64,000 nt of DNA, taken from NCBI GenBank assembly GCA_963667295.1, contig OY763327.1, positions 1,060,898 to 1,124,897 of the forward strand. The letters run 5' to 3'. A program made the position numbers and the translations under genes. The stretch comes from Phycisphaeraceae bacterium (GTDB lineage Bacteria > Planctomycetota > Phycisphaerae > Phycisphaerales > Phycisphaeraceae). Positions 49,358 through 58,027 of the stretch are shown here, piece by piece. Numbering within the stretch: the stretch's first letter is position 1; each line of letters begins with the position of its first letter. The notes under the pieces were generated by a model that was not told the origin of the DNA, ran no database searches, and was given only the letters and a program-made list of their open reading frames with translations.

Positions 49358-50182
49358 TCACATGGCTTGCGATGATGAACGAGCAATAGGCTCGCCACAT
49401 TCCGGACAGGTTATGGACTCAGTGCTCCCACGCAGGTCGTAGTTGCAGGCTGGGCAATGGCCTGGTTTGATTCCAGGAAGAAGTCTTTTAATGGCAGCTA
49501 CTATCGGCCAGACTGTGGATATGACAAATACGCTCCACATTGGAAATGTAAGTCGCCACCCAACGTTATACTTCTGAAATGCAAAGCCAAACCAAGACTT
49601 TGGTTGTATCAGGATACGCTTGGGGTATTGAATGTAAGTAGGGGGATAGGAAGGGTACGCAGCGATTTTTAGCTTCGGTTCGCGATACCTGTCACTCATA
49701 TACATCACGGCATCGCCTTTTTGAAGAGAAAATGAAAGGTGTAATCCGGTTCCGAGCATACGTGGCCAATCAGCATTGACCGACCATTTGTATGATCCAG
49801 CCCACAATACACCTGCAAGAATCATAAGCACCGTTAAGCATGCGACTGATACCCGGTACAGATCGCCTCGGATTATTCTCATCAAACGAACTTCAACAGG
49901 TCGAATCCGGTTTTGAATTCTGTCGCCTGTGTATGCTTGATCTGGCAGATGCGATCTACTGGCATAACGACGGGGCTTGAAACTGTATCGGTACACAAAT
50001 ACAGCAACGAAGCATGCGATGATCGTTGTCGGCATCCCCCACAGTGTCAAGATGCATAGATATTCATGCCACGTTGGTGGATCGCTGCTGGCAAAGGTGA
50101 TGTAATCCAGTTTGACAGCATCTTGCCAGAAGCGTTGGAGGATACTCAGGCCGCTTACAAATATCGCTGTCGCCACACCCAT
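49358..50182 (-). CDS. Hypothetical polytopic membrane protein with C-terminal zinc ribbon
   Basis: 274 aa; ends CPACNYDLRGSTESITCPECGEPIA; low GC; paralogous C-terminus to the next gene. Confidence 0.45.
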   Translation of the reverse strand: MGVATAIFVSGLSILQRFWQDAVKLDYITFASSDPPTWHEYLCILTLWGMPTTIIACFVAVFVYRYSFKPRRYASRSHLPDQAYTGDRIQNRIRPVEVRLMRIIRGDLYRVSVACLTVLMILAGVLWAGSYKWSVNADWPRMLGTGLHLSFSLQKGDAVMYMSDRYREPKLKIAAYPSYPPTYIQYPKRILIQPKSWFGFAFQKYNVGWRLTFPMWSVFVISTVWPIVAAIKRLLPGIKPGHCPACNYDLRGSTESITCPECGEPIARSSSQAM

Positions 50183-50240
50183 AAGAATGGCAGCGAAAAA
50201 CCTTAGTAATGTACGTGTCTGGATCTTCTTTAGATGCAGT

Positions 50241-50567
50241 TCAAATCACCTCCCCGCACTCCGGGCACTCCAGCTTCGATAAGCCCTTGAGGATATAGCC
50301 ACACTGTCGGCATCGGCACTCACGGTCGTACCTCGGTCGTAGTATGAGTATGAATGCCAGCACGCTCGTTGCGCAGGTTAGACCTGTCATTGGGATGCCG
50401 ATCAGGCCTATTCTTATCAACTGCATCCACCAGAATCCCGGAGGCAGAGGGGCGTTCGCGACCTTGAGTTGGATGAACATAAGCAGATTACTGAACGCGA
50501 CGCCCACCACCGTGCCGCATGCCACCGCGATCAGGAACCGGCCGACGCCGCGTCTGGTTATCTGCAT
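50241..50567 (-). CDS. Small membrane protein with C-terminal zinc ribbon
   Basis: 108 aa; ends CRCRQCGYILKGLSKLECPECGEVI (same Cx2CxYxLxG...CPECGE pattern as 49358-50182). Confidence 0.45.
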   Translation of the reverse strand: MQITRRGVGRFLIAVACGTVVGVAFSNLLMFIQLKVANAPLPPGFWWMQLIRIGLIGIPMTGLTCATSVLAFILILRPRYDRECRCRQCGYILKGLSKLECPECGEVI

Positions 50568-50744
50568 GTCGCTCCAATCAACAGGAATAGATCATATCGT
50601 CTGCTTAAGACATACCCGGATGCCCATACGTAGCCTCCGGTATAAGGTTCATCATGATTCCGGCGATTCAAGCCGTCAAGATATGTGGTCCAGGCCACCC
50701 ATTGCATACCCCCGGGCCAATCGCCTATACTTTCCTAATTGGCC

Positions 50745-50828
50745 GGCCGCGTGCCCGAGTGGACTAAGGGGGCTGATTGCAAATCAGCTAGGCTTCGCCT
50801 GTCGTGGGTTCGAATCCCACCGCGGCCT
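50745..50828 (+). tRNA. tRNA with anticodon GCA (Cys) and an atypical 15-nt variable arm; island integration target
   Basis: 7-bp acceptor ggccgcg/cgcggcc, U8; D-stem ccc/ggg with GG-containing loop; anticodon stem gctga/tcagc with loop ttGCAaa (U33, A37); variable arm taggcttcgcctgtc; T-arm gtggg-TTCGAAT-cccac; discriminator U73; CCA not encoded. Confidence 0.8.
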
Positions 50829-51000
50829 TACAGACGCACTTTTGTGCGTCTTTTTTATTGCACATAAAGCCTGCAATCGCAGTTATATGCATGATATCAC
50901 GCATTCTGGGGCTCTGAGATTGATTTGAAATACTGCACCCACACTGATACCATTTTGTTCAAGTAAGGTTACTTTTTCAGGCGCCCAAAGAGGCAGCACC

Positions 51001-52419
51001 ATGGCAAAGATTAAGTCTTCTGATGTCACTGTCAGCTTCAAGAAAAACAACAAAGGTAGGGGGGGGACCTTCTATAAGAAGTACAAAGACCCAGCTGATG
51101 GTAAGTGGAAAGTTAAGTACTTCTGTAAGGGTAAGGGCAAGTCTGACAGGGTGGCTGAGCGTAAAGCCAAAGCTATGTGCCTGGAGTGGCAAGAAGAGCT
51201 TGAGATGGTCGCAACTATGGCACGTGTAATCAATCGGGTGAAGGCAGCCACAGCCAACGGGGGCAACCCTGATGCCTTGGGAGATACCCTGGCTGAGCAG
51301 ATGGTGAAGGCCATGATGGGCAAACCTGATACAGCTGACGCCACCCCTGTGCATCAGCTTTCAGATGAAGACCTGGAAGAGCATTTTGAAGAGCCAGATA
51401 CCTTGGCTGACCAGGCTGCCAAGCAGCTGCTCTACTCCAAGCACTCTGCTGCTCGTAAGGTAAATCCCCAAAAGGGTAAGCCCACAATTTCTACGCTGGT
51501 AGAGCAGTGGCTGAGGTATGAGAAGTCACGTGTAGCCATTGGCAAGATTGGTGAGTCTACCTATGCCGACAAAGCCAAAAATGTGAAGCCCTTTGTTGAA
51601 CATGCCAACGGGGATTACTTCAATGGCAACGTAGAAGAGATGCTAATGAGCTTCAGGGCAAAGCTAGATATGCAGCTGGCAGCTGGTGAGATTGGCTCTG
51701 GCTGGACTCATATTGGCTATACCAAAGCCACATGGCAATTCATTGATTGGTGCTATACCAACCATAAGATTAGCGAGATGCCGCGCTGCAAGAAGCCGTT
51801 TTGTGAACGGGTGCCAGTAGATGAGGGCGGTAAGCCATTACAGCTGTCAGATATTCATAAACTCTGGTCTTCAGCTGGTGACCGTATGAAGTGCTTTATT
51901 GCTTTGGCTTTGAATTGTGGCATGAAAAATGCAGACATTGCTGCACTCAAGGGCAGCCAGCTTAAGGGCAACAGGTTGATTGGCTATAGGCCAAAGACTG
52001 GTGTGCCATTCAATATGAAGCTGTGGCCTGTAACAGTAGAGCTTATTGAGAAGTGCAGAGATAACCAGGGTGATGATGAGCTGCTGTTTGTGAATAAAGA
52101 TGGTGATGCAGTTAAGAGTGGTGTTATCAGCAGTCTCTTCAAGAAAGTCTCAACCAAGGCAGATGTGATTGTCGGTGAGACAAAGGGTGGTAATCCCAAG
52201 GGGGCCACTTTTGAGCAGCTGAGAGATAGCAGCATTGACCTGGTTGATAAGCAGTTGTTTGAGCTTGGCTATGATCGCGGTTTACTGCAGGTATTCCAGC
52301 AGCATGCCGACCCAAGCACTGCACGATACTATCGAGATAAGACACCGGAGCGTTTGCAGATTAAAAAACTGGATGAACTGACCGACTATCTGGGTGAGGT
52401 GTACGGGCTGAAGCTTTGA
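51001..52419 (+). CDS. Tyrosine-type site-specific integrase (phage integrase family)
   Basis: 472 aa; C-terminal catalytic region (LRDSSIDLV...HADPSTARYYRD with the terminal Tyr); lower GC than flanking chromosome; 172 bp downstream of the tRNA. Confidence 0.85.
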   Translation: MAKIKSSDVTVSFKKNNKGRGGTFYKKYKDPADGKWKVKYFCKGKGKSDRVAERKAKAMCLEWQEELEMVATMARVINRVKAATANGGNPDALGDTLAEQMVKAMMGKPDTADATPVHQLSDEDLEEHFEEPDTLADQAAKQLLYSKHSAARKVNPQKGKPTISTLVEQWLRYEKSRVAIGKIGESTYADKAKNVKPFVEHANGDYFNGNVEEMLMSFRAKLDMQLAAGEIGSGWTHIGYTKATWQFIDWCYTNHKISEMPRCKKPFCERVPVDEGGKPLQLSDIHKLWSSAGDRMKCFIALALNCGMKNADIAALKGSQLKGNRLIGYRPKTGVPFNMKLWPVTVELIEKCRDNQGDDELLFVNKDGDAVKSGVISSLFKKVSTKADVIVGETKGGNPKGATFEQLRDSSIDLVDKQLFELGYDRGLLQVFQQHADPSTARYYRDKTPERLQIKKLDELTDYLGEVYGLKL

Positions 52420-52443
52420 TCTCTTCTCAGCGATCTCCCGCCG

Positions 52444-52772
52444 TTAATCGACACTTATCCCCAATGCTTGCCAGAAAGCCATCTCCTGCATGATACGGAT
52501 ACCATAGCTTCTAGCTATATCTGCCTTGCTGGACTGTGTGTACGCATCTGCCACAACCAATAAATCCAGCTTCTTCGTAACCGATTTTGCGGGAACTAAA
52601 CCATGCTTATCAGCGAGTAATTGGGCCTGTTTCCGATCGATACGAACCCCATCGATAGAAGCCTGTAGCTCGCCAGTGAAACATACGCTTAGCCCTTCCA
52701 GCGATTGCTTATCTGGAACCTGGGGTGGAGCTACCTGTAATTTCTTCTGATTAGAGCTGGTCCCAAAATCTT
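52444..52772 (-). pseudogene. 3' fragment of a BRCT-domain gene truncated by the IS3 insertion
   Basis: Minus-strand frame open from the IS end to the TAA at 52444-52446; encodes ...KKLQVAPPQVPDKQSLEGLSVCFTGELQ...KKLDLLVVADAYTQSSKADIARSYGIRIMQEMAFWQALG, resembling the C-terminal linker plus BRCT of NAD-dependent DNA ligase; no start codon because the upstream part is displaced by IS3. Confidence 0.4.
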
Positions 52773-52810
52773 GGACAGCCGGTTGGCCTGAATAAGGTGG
52801 GCCAACGGGT

Positions 52811-53653
52811 TTATGCCGCGGCCAGCGGCGGTCCGGTTATAGGTTTTCCATCATACGCTTCGTCCGGCGTCCGTCCAGCGAGTGTCGAGTGCGGACGCTC
52901 GGTGTTGTAGAACCGCAGCCATTCATTGATCCCGGCGCGAGCTTCGCTGCCTCTGTCCCACGCGTGCAGGTACACGCATTCGTACTTCAGGCTCCGCCAC
53001 AGACGTTCGATGAACACGTTGTCCATCCATCGGCCTTTGCCGTCCATCGATACCTTCGCGCCCGCGTTCTTCACCGCTTCGGTCCATTCCAGGCCGGTGA
53101 ACTGGCTGCCCTGATCGGTGTTGATGATCTGCGGCGGGCCGTGCTTGCTCAGCGCTTCTTCCAACGCCTCGACGCAGAACGACGCCTCCATCGTGTTGCT
53201 CAATCGCCAAGCCAGCACCTTCCTGCTGTGCCAGTCCATGACCGCAACGAGGTACAAAAAGCCGCGTCGCATCGGGATGTATGTGATGTCGGCGCACCAC
53301 ACATGACCCGGCTGATCAATCTTCAGATTCCGCAGCAGGTACGGATACACCTTGTTTTCAAGGCATTTGACGCTGGTCTTCGGGGCCTGGTAGATCGGCG
53401 TCAAACCCATCTGGCGCATCAATCGACGCACACGCTTGCGGCCGACGTTGTAGCCAAGCCGACGCAACCAACGCATCATCTGCCGGCTGCCGTAGAACGG
53501 CGTGCACAGGAACTGTCGGTCGATCAGACGCATCAGACGCTCGTTGAACGCATCCTCACCGCTCGGCTTGTAGTACAACGTGCTGCGGCTCAAGCCCAGC
53601 AACTCACACTGCCGGCGGACCGGAATCAGGCTGTGCTTCGGTTCGATCATCAT
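52811..53653 (-). CDS. IS3-family transposase OrfB (DDE integrase core)
   Basis: 280 aa; rve/DDE core (DITYIPMRRGFLYLVAVMDWHSRKV...TDQGSQF...ERLWRSLKYECVY). Confidence 0.85.
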   Translation of the reverse strand: MMIEPKHSLIPVRRQCELLGLSRSTLYYKPSGEDAFNERLMRLIDRQFLCTPFYGSRQMMRWLRRLGYNVGRKRVRRLMRQMGLTPIYQAPKTSVKCLENKVYPYLLRNLKIDQPGHVWCADITYIPMRRGFLYLVAVMDWHSRKVLAWRLSNTMEASFCVEALEEALSKHGPPQIINTDQGSQFTGLEWTEAVKNAGAKVSMDGKGRWMDNVFIERLWRSLKYECVYLHAWDRGSEARAGINEWLRFYNTERPHSTLAGRTPDEAYDGKPITGPPLAAA

Positions 53654-53663
53654 CCGCTTCTGA

Positions 53664-53954
53664 TCAATCTGGAAACACCGACTTTTTTTTGAGCCAGTCC
53701 AACTCCACCTTCAACCGGCCGATCTCCCGATACAACCGGTCCACCAGCTCCGCCTGATCCGCCGCGTCCAGCTCACGCCGACGCCCGAACACCTCCGGCA
53801 ACGATTCGAGCAACTGCTTCTTCCACTGCGTGATCTGGTTGGCGTGCACCTCGTACTCGCCGGCCAACTCGGCTACCGTCTTCTGCCCCTTGATCGCCTC
53901 CAACGCCACCTTCGCCTTGAAGTCCGCCGAAAACCGCCGTCGCTTCCTCGCCAT
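53664..53954 (-). CDS. IS3-family transposase OrfA (HTH)
   Basis: 96 aa; IS3 HTH_Tnp_1 (RRFSADFKAKVALEAIKGQKTVAELAGEYEVHANQITQWKKQ); ends in KKKS at the frameshift heptamer. Confidence 0.85.
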   Translation of the reverse strand: MARKRRRFSADFKAKVALEAIKGQKTVAELAGEYEVHANQITQWKKQLLESLPEVFGRRRELDAADQAELVDRLYREIGRLKVELDWLKKKSVFPD

Positions 53955-54100
53955 CTGATTCGTCTCCTGTTAGGGATCGAATCCACCTTAACGACGCGCC
54001 CAGTTTTTGGGTAGTAGTACATGTAGCCGTTGAGGCGTGTTTTCGCGGCGTGTGGGGCCGGCGGCGGGTTGAGGTTGGTCGATCTGCTGTCCAAGTGTTT

Positions 54101-55273
54101 TCAAGCGAACAATGCCAACTGCGTCGGCGGCGGATCGGGCGGTTTGGTGTACGGTTCGTCCAGCCAACGCCACAGGTCCCGGTACACCAGCAGGTTCATC
54201 CGCAGCATGGCCGCGAGGTTGGACAGGCTCCAGCCGAAGCTTGATCGCAGCTTCAGCAGCTTGAGGATCAGCATCGCGATCAGTGCTGTCCAAAGCTGGA
54301 CCCGCACCGCGTTGGCGCTGGTGCCCAGGAACGTCTTGACGTGCAGGTTCTGCTTCAACGCTTTGAAGAACAGCTCGATCTGCCAGCGTTCTTTGTAGAT
54401 CGCCGCCAGCGTCGTCGCGCCGAACGTCAGGTGGTTGCTCAGCAGCTCGATCGTTCGGCGGTTCGCTTCGTCCCACACCACCACCCGGCGCAGCCGATGC
54501 GGGCAGGCGGCGTGGCTTCTTGTGCCCGCCAGCTCGATGACCTGGTCGGAGAGGATGTTACGATTCATCGGCACGGCACGCTCTTGGATCACGTTGTAGT
54601 CCAGGTTCGACTTGCACCGCGTGACGAACCACACGCCTTGCTCGCACCACGTGCCAAACAGGCCAAAGTCGGTGTAACCGCGGTCCACCGCCACGACCGT
54701 GCCCGGCTCAAAACGCAGTGTTTTAGCGGGGTTCACATCGTGCACCTTGCCCTCGGTCACCAGCGCCCAGCTCGGTAAGCAGCCTTGATGATCCAACTGA
54801 AGGTGCAGCTTCACCGCGCCCTTGGTCCGCCGGAACCGCGCCCAGTCGAACACCTGGGCACACAAGTCGATCACCGTCGCGTCCAGACTCACCAGCGGGT
54901 TCTTGAAGCGGAACCGACGCCCCCGGATGGCCTGCCGACCCGCCAACACCCGCGCCTGATCGAGCACCTGGTAGAACACCGCCTCGTAAAGCTCCCACGG
55001 CCGATGGGCGTTGGCGTAGCTGAGCGTCGACCGCGCCGGCGCCGCCGACACGCCCAGGTGACGCAGCCTGCCCATCGCGCACGCCAGGCCGCCGCAGACC
55101 TCCCGCAGCGAGTGCGCCCCGCCCAACTGCGCAAAGAGCATCGCCACCAGTTGGTCCCAGCAGGTAAACCCCTTCGCCCCACGCTCGGCATCAAACTCAC
55201 GCACCCGCCGATCAAACCCCGGCCGATCGATCAGACTCAACACTTGTGCAAACAGGCTTGCGACGCGTACCAT
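54101..55273 (-). CDS. IS4-family DDE transposase
   Basis: 390 aa; DDE_Tnp_1 hallmarks; element ends not confidently resolved; its 3' end lies only ~7 bp from the IS3 right end (abutting or nested insertion). Confidence 0.8.
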   Translation of the reverse strand: MVRVASLFAQVLSLIDRPGFDRRVREFDAERGAKGFTCWDQLVAMLFAQLGGAHSLREVCGGLACAMGRLRHLGVSAAPARSTLSYANAHRPWELYEAVFYQVLDQARVLAGRQAIRGRRFRFKNPLVSLDATVIDLCAQVFDWARFRRTKGAVKLHLQLDHQGCLPSWALVTEGKVHDVNPAKTLRFEPGTVVAVDRGYTDFGLFGTWCEQGVWFVTRCKSNLDYNVIQERAVPMNRNILSDQVIELAGTRSHAACPHRLRRVVVWDEANRRTIELLSNHLTFGATTLAAIYKERWQIELFFKALKQNLHVKTFLGTSANAVRVQLWTALIAMLILKLLKLRSSFGWSLSNLAAMLRMNLLVYRDLWRWLDEPYTKPPDPPPTQLALFA

Positions 55274-55387
55274 GGGCGTGTCTCCGTTGGGCTTCGAGGA
55301 CGATTAGACAACGCCATCGTAGCCGCAACGGAGACTTTTTCATTGATAAACTATGGATCGCTGTTTTGGACAAGAGTGTACACTTAT

Positions 55388-56407
55388 CTATTTTTTTTGG
55401 CTGTTATTGTTCGCAAGGCTCCTCTCAACCCGACCCTTTTTTTCAGAGGCTCCAGTTGCCACATGCCAATACCATCTACCGATATCGTCGTAACACTGTG
55501 CTGCAGGATAATGGTTAATAATCTGGTCATAGCAACGGAGTGCCTCATTTAAAGAGTCGGCCTTTTTATCTCCAGCAAACCTTGTCGCTTCTCCATAATA
55601 AGAATCTCCCGCTATATACCAACAAGTTCCAACATCAAAGAGGGCCCAAAATTCACGCCAATACTTTTCCTCATTATCCCGGCTGATTTTCGGCATATCA
55701 AGACCATACTGATCAATATGATCTTGCTGCTGTTCCTTAGCAAAAGACTGATATTGATCAATGCAAGAAAATGCTAACTTTCTCGCAATACTATAATCTT
55801 CAGATTTAAGATACTCCCATGCCAATGTTGTATACTGGCCTGAAGTTTGTGGGAATTGAGATTGGTTTTTCTTTTCCACCAAAACAAGGGCCAATTCACA
55901 TAACGGACGCACAGATATATCAACTTGCTGCACTTCTCCGTGAACAACAATCTCACTAATCCAATGAGCATCTGGGTACAAACTAATTACTTCCTTCAGT
56001 AGGTTTTTAGAGTCAATATAATTGCCTTTGCGTCGAAGGCAATCGCCCTTCAAAAACAAACAGACGCCGCTCATATTAGTATCGGTTGTTTGTGTGATAT
56101 ATTGATCAACTAATTGAATAACACGATCGCATTCGTCCTTCTCTCTCGCTTCCCAGATTTCATCAATTATAGAAATTGGTCTAGATGATTGATTCTCCAT
56201 GATAGCAATCTCGGAATTATGATATCCTGTGGTTCTACTTTGTGTATAAGATACCGAATTGGTATCTATCACTGAAGATAACTGTTCGGCTTGTGGTTCT
56301 CGAACATGATTATCATCACTTCCACTATCAGATTGCGATGAACATCCAATGATCAACAATAATTGAAACAGATAGACCGCATACAATGTAAGTTTGGCAA
56401 TATGCAT
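55388..56407 (-). CDS. Hypothetical lipoprotein with TPR-like helical repeats
   Basis: 339 aa; lipobox LLLIIGC; AT-rich (~40% GC) cargo gene. Confidence 0.5.
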   Translation of the reverse strand: MHIAKLTLYAVYLFQLLLIIGCSSQSDSGSDDNHVREPQAEQLSSVIDTNSVSYTQSRTTGYHNSEIAIMENQSSRPISIIDEIWEAREKDECDRVIQLVDQYITQTTDTNMSGVCLFLKGDCLRRKGNYIDSKNLLKEVISLYPDAHWISEIVVHGEVQQVDISVRPLCELALVLVEKKNQSQFPQTSGQYTTLAWEYLKSEDYSIARKLAFSCIDQYQSFAKEQQQDHIDQYGLDMPKISRDNEEKYWREFWALFDVGTCWYIAGDSYYGEATRFAGDKKADSLNEALRCYDQIINHYPAAQCYDDIGRWYWHVATGASEKKGRVERSLANNNSQKK

Positions 56408-56434
56408 AATAATGCACCTCTCCGTTATTCAATT

Positions 56435-57103
56435 TCAATTTGACTCTACAAGTATGTAATAATACACGGCGATATTACCTGGGCGTGTCTCTGTCGATCC
56501 TGCAGGCTGTGTCCTTACTTCATCCTGGATCGAATCAAACCATCTAGGCATATTTGGGTTGGTTGTGATTTGCGTTCTTGAGTTATCATGTGCTTGTGAC
56601 ACCATTGGAACAGAATGTGTATGTGATATTATGGAATCGGGCTGATAGTCACCAACTACACGATTTAATCCATCAGGATCCTCAAGACCGTCACTACGAA
56701 TCAATCCTGGTTCAAATGCATTTAACCCTCGTAAAAATGCACCACGTAAATCAGGAAGTTTTGTACGCCCTGTTATTTTTGCATAATCTGAGTCTGTGGA
56801 TATTTCGCGGCCATCCGCTGGCATCCAACGTGTTTTCACGCTGTCTCCATATGTTTCGTAAAGTTGATCCGGAGAAAGCGCACATGCGAATATTGTACCG
56901 ATGGGAACTCCAGGTGAACCGGGTGGGCCCTGGGGCCCTGATACGCCTTGAGGGCCAACAGCACCTTGATTTAAGTTTAATGCAGAAATAGTAACCAAAC
57001 CGGCTACAATACCGATGATCGTTGTAATCATTGCGATCCATGTACTGTAAATAGTTTTTGTATTAGAAAAGTGTTTGCTGCTTGTATGATCTGATTTAGC
57101 CAT
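56435..57103 (-). CDS. Membrane-anchored collagen-repeat protein with phage tail-collar domain
   Basis: Start taken at MAKSDHTSS (ATG 57103; ORF open to 57178); TM helix, GPQGVSGPQGPPGSPG Gly-X-Y run, then tail-collar signature (PIGTIFA...KLPDLRGAFLRG). Confidence 0.6.
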   Translation of the reverse strand: MAKSDHTSSKHFSNTKTIYSTWIAMITTIIGIVAGLVTISALNLNQGAVGPQGVSGPQGPPGSPGVPIGTIFACALSPDQLYETYGDSVKTRWMPADGREISTDSDYAKITGRTKLPDLRGAFLRGLNAFEPGLIRSDGLEDPDGLNRVVGDYQPDSIISHTHSVPMVSQAHDNSRTQITTNPNMPRWFDSIQDEVRTQPAGSTETRPGNIAVYYYILVESN

Positions 57104-58027
57104 ATGTTCTACTCGTTCCTGCTTGTACAATATGATGCATATAGACAAAGCTGACCATGAACCGATTATTATAACCACAAAAGAAAGGGCCGTTCAGATA
57201 AATATGTATAGCAATAATTACTCAATAAATAAAGGCACATAGCCAATCCATATAAGAAGTATCCCCAGTGGGGGACATCGCAGACCAGAGAATATGGAGT
57301 TGATGGAAAGCTGGACTATGGGTCGCCGAGTGGATAAGGCCGTAGATCGACAAGACCAGGTCGCCGAAGAGGTTCTGGATGGTGTAAAAAACTGGATCAT
57401 GTGTATTCTCATTGCGTTGATCTTGATGTGTTGAGTGTTTGGATCAGACAGGTTGTGGGCGTCAAGTTGATTTGGGGCTGGCGAGTTTGGACTTACTTAG
57501 AGTTTCCGAATTCTCAGCCAGCCAGCGGACCTTCTCATGGAAAGGCACACCGTTGGCCGGTTGCAGCAGCATCACGACGCCGACGCAGCCGACTTGGCCT
57601 TCATCCGTAAGGGGGGGGGTATGGGTCCATTAGTATGGGTATTCTGTTGCCGGTCTTAGCAGGATTGATGAAGAGTATGATACTCCCGATGTCAGGCTGT
57701 AAAAATAGACATAAAGCAGATATTGTTTAACGATATAAAGTTGTGAAATTGCTGACTATACAGTTATTCTTTCCAATCAGGACTCAGTCCACTCAAAGTC
57801 AATACAATTAAGGACTTGCTAAACCGGTTATTAAAAAGTAAAATTTTTAGCAGTCTCTCCGACCAGTTTCATCTATGGTCGTCGTTCGGTACGGAAGTTT
57901 ATAACGGGTACTGTCAGGATTCGCGGCGTATTAGGACGTTTCTAGGGAAGTTTTAAACTGGCTTTATCATCTCAGCCCGCGTCGGGTGAGAAGATCGTAG
58001 AAAATTCACTTAAGAAAGGGGCTTTGG

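Larger units (their letters stand above)
52773..54093 (-). mobile_element. IS3-family insertion sequence (orfA-orfB with -1 frameshift site)
   Basis: Terminal inverted repeats TGGACAGC... (52773-) and ...GCTGTCCA (-54093) with an extended imperfect match; 1321 bp; two overlapping transposase ORFs; slippery A7G at 53683-53691. Confidence 0.7.

Noticed and set aside
53983-54000. GATCGAATCCACC resembling the tRNA 3' end (GTTCGAATCCCACC), considered as attR
   Set aside because: Only ~12 nt of similarity with an indel, located inside the IS3 element upstream of orfA; an attR would be expected beyond the cargo, outside this window.
54027-55325. CCGTTGNGGC motifs near both ends of the IS4 transposase considered as its inverted repeats
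   Set aside because: Match is short (10/11) and would make the IS4 element overlap the better-supported IS3 terminus; IS4 boundaries left unresolved.
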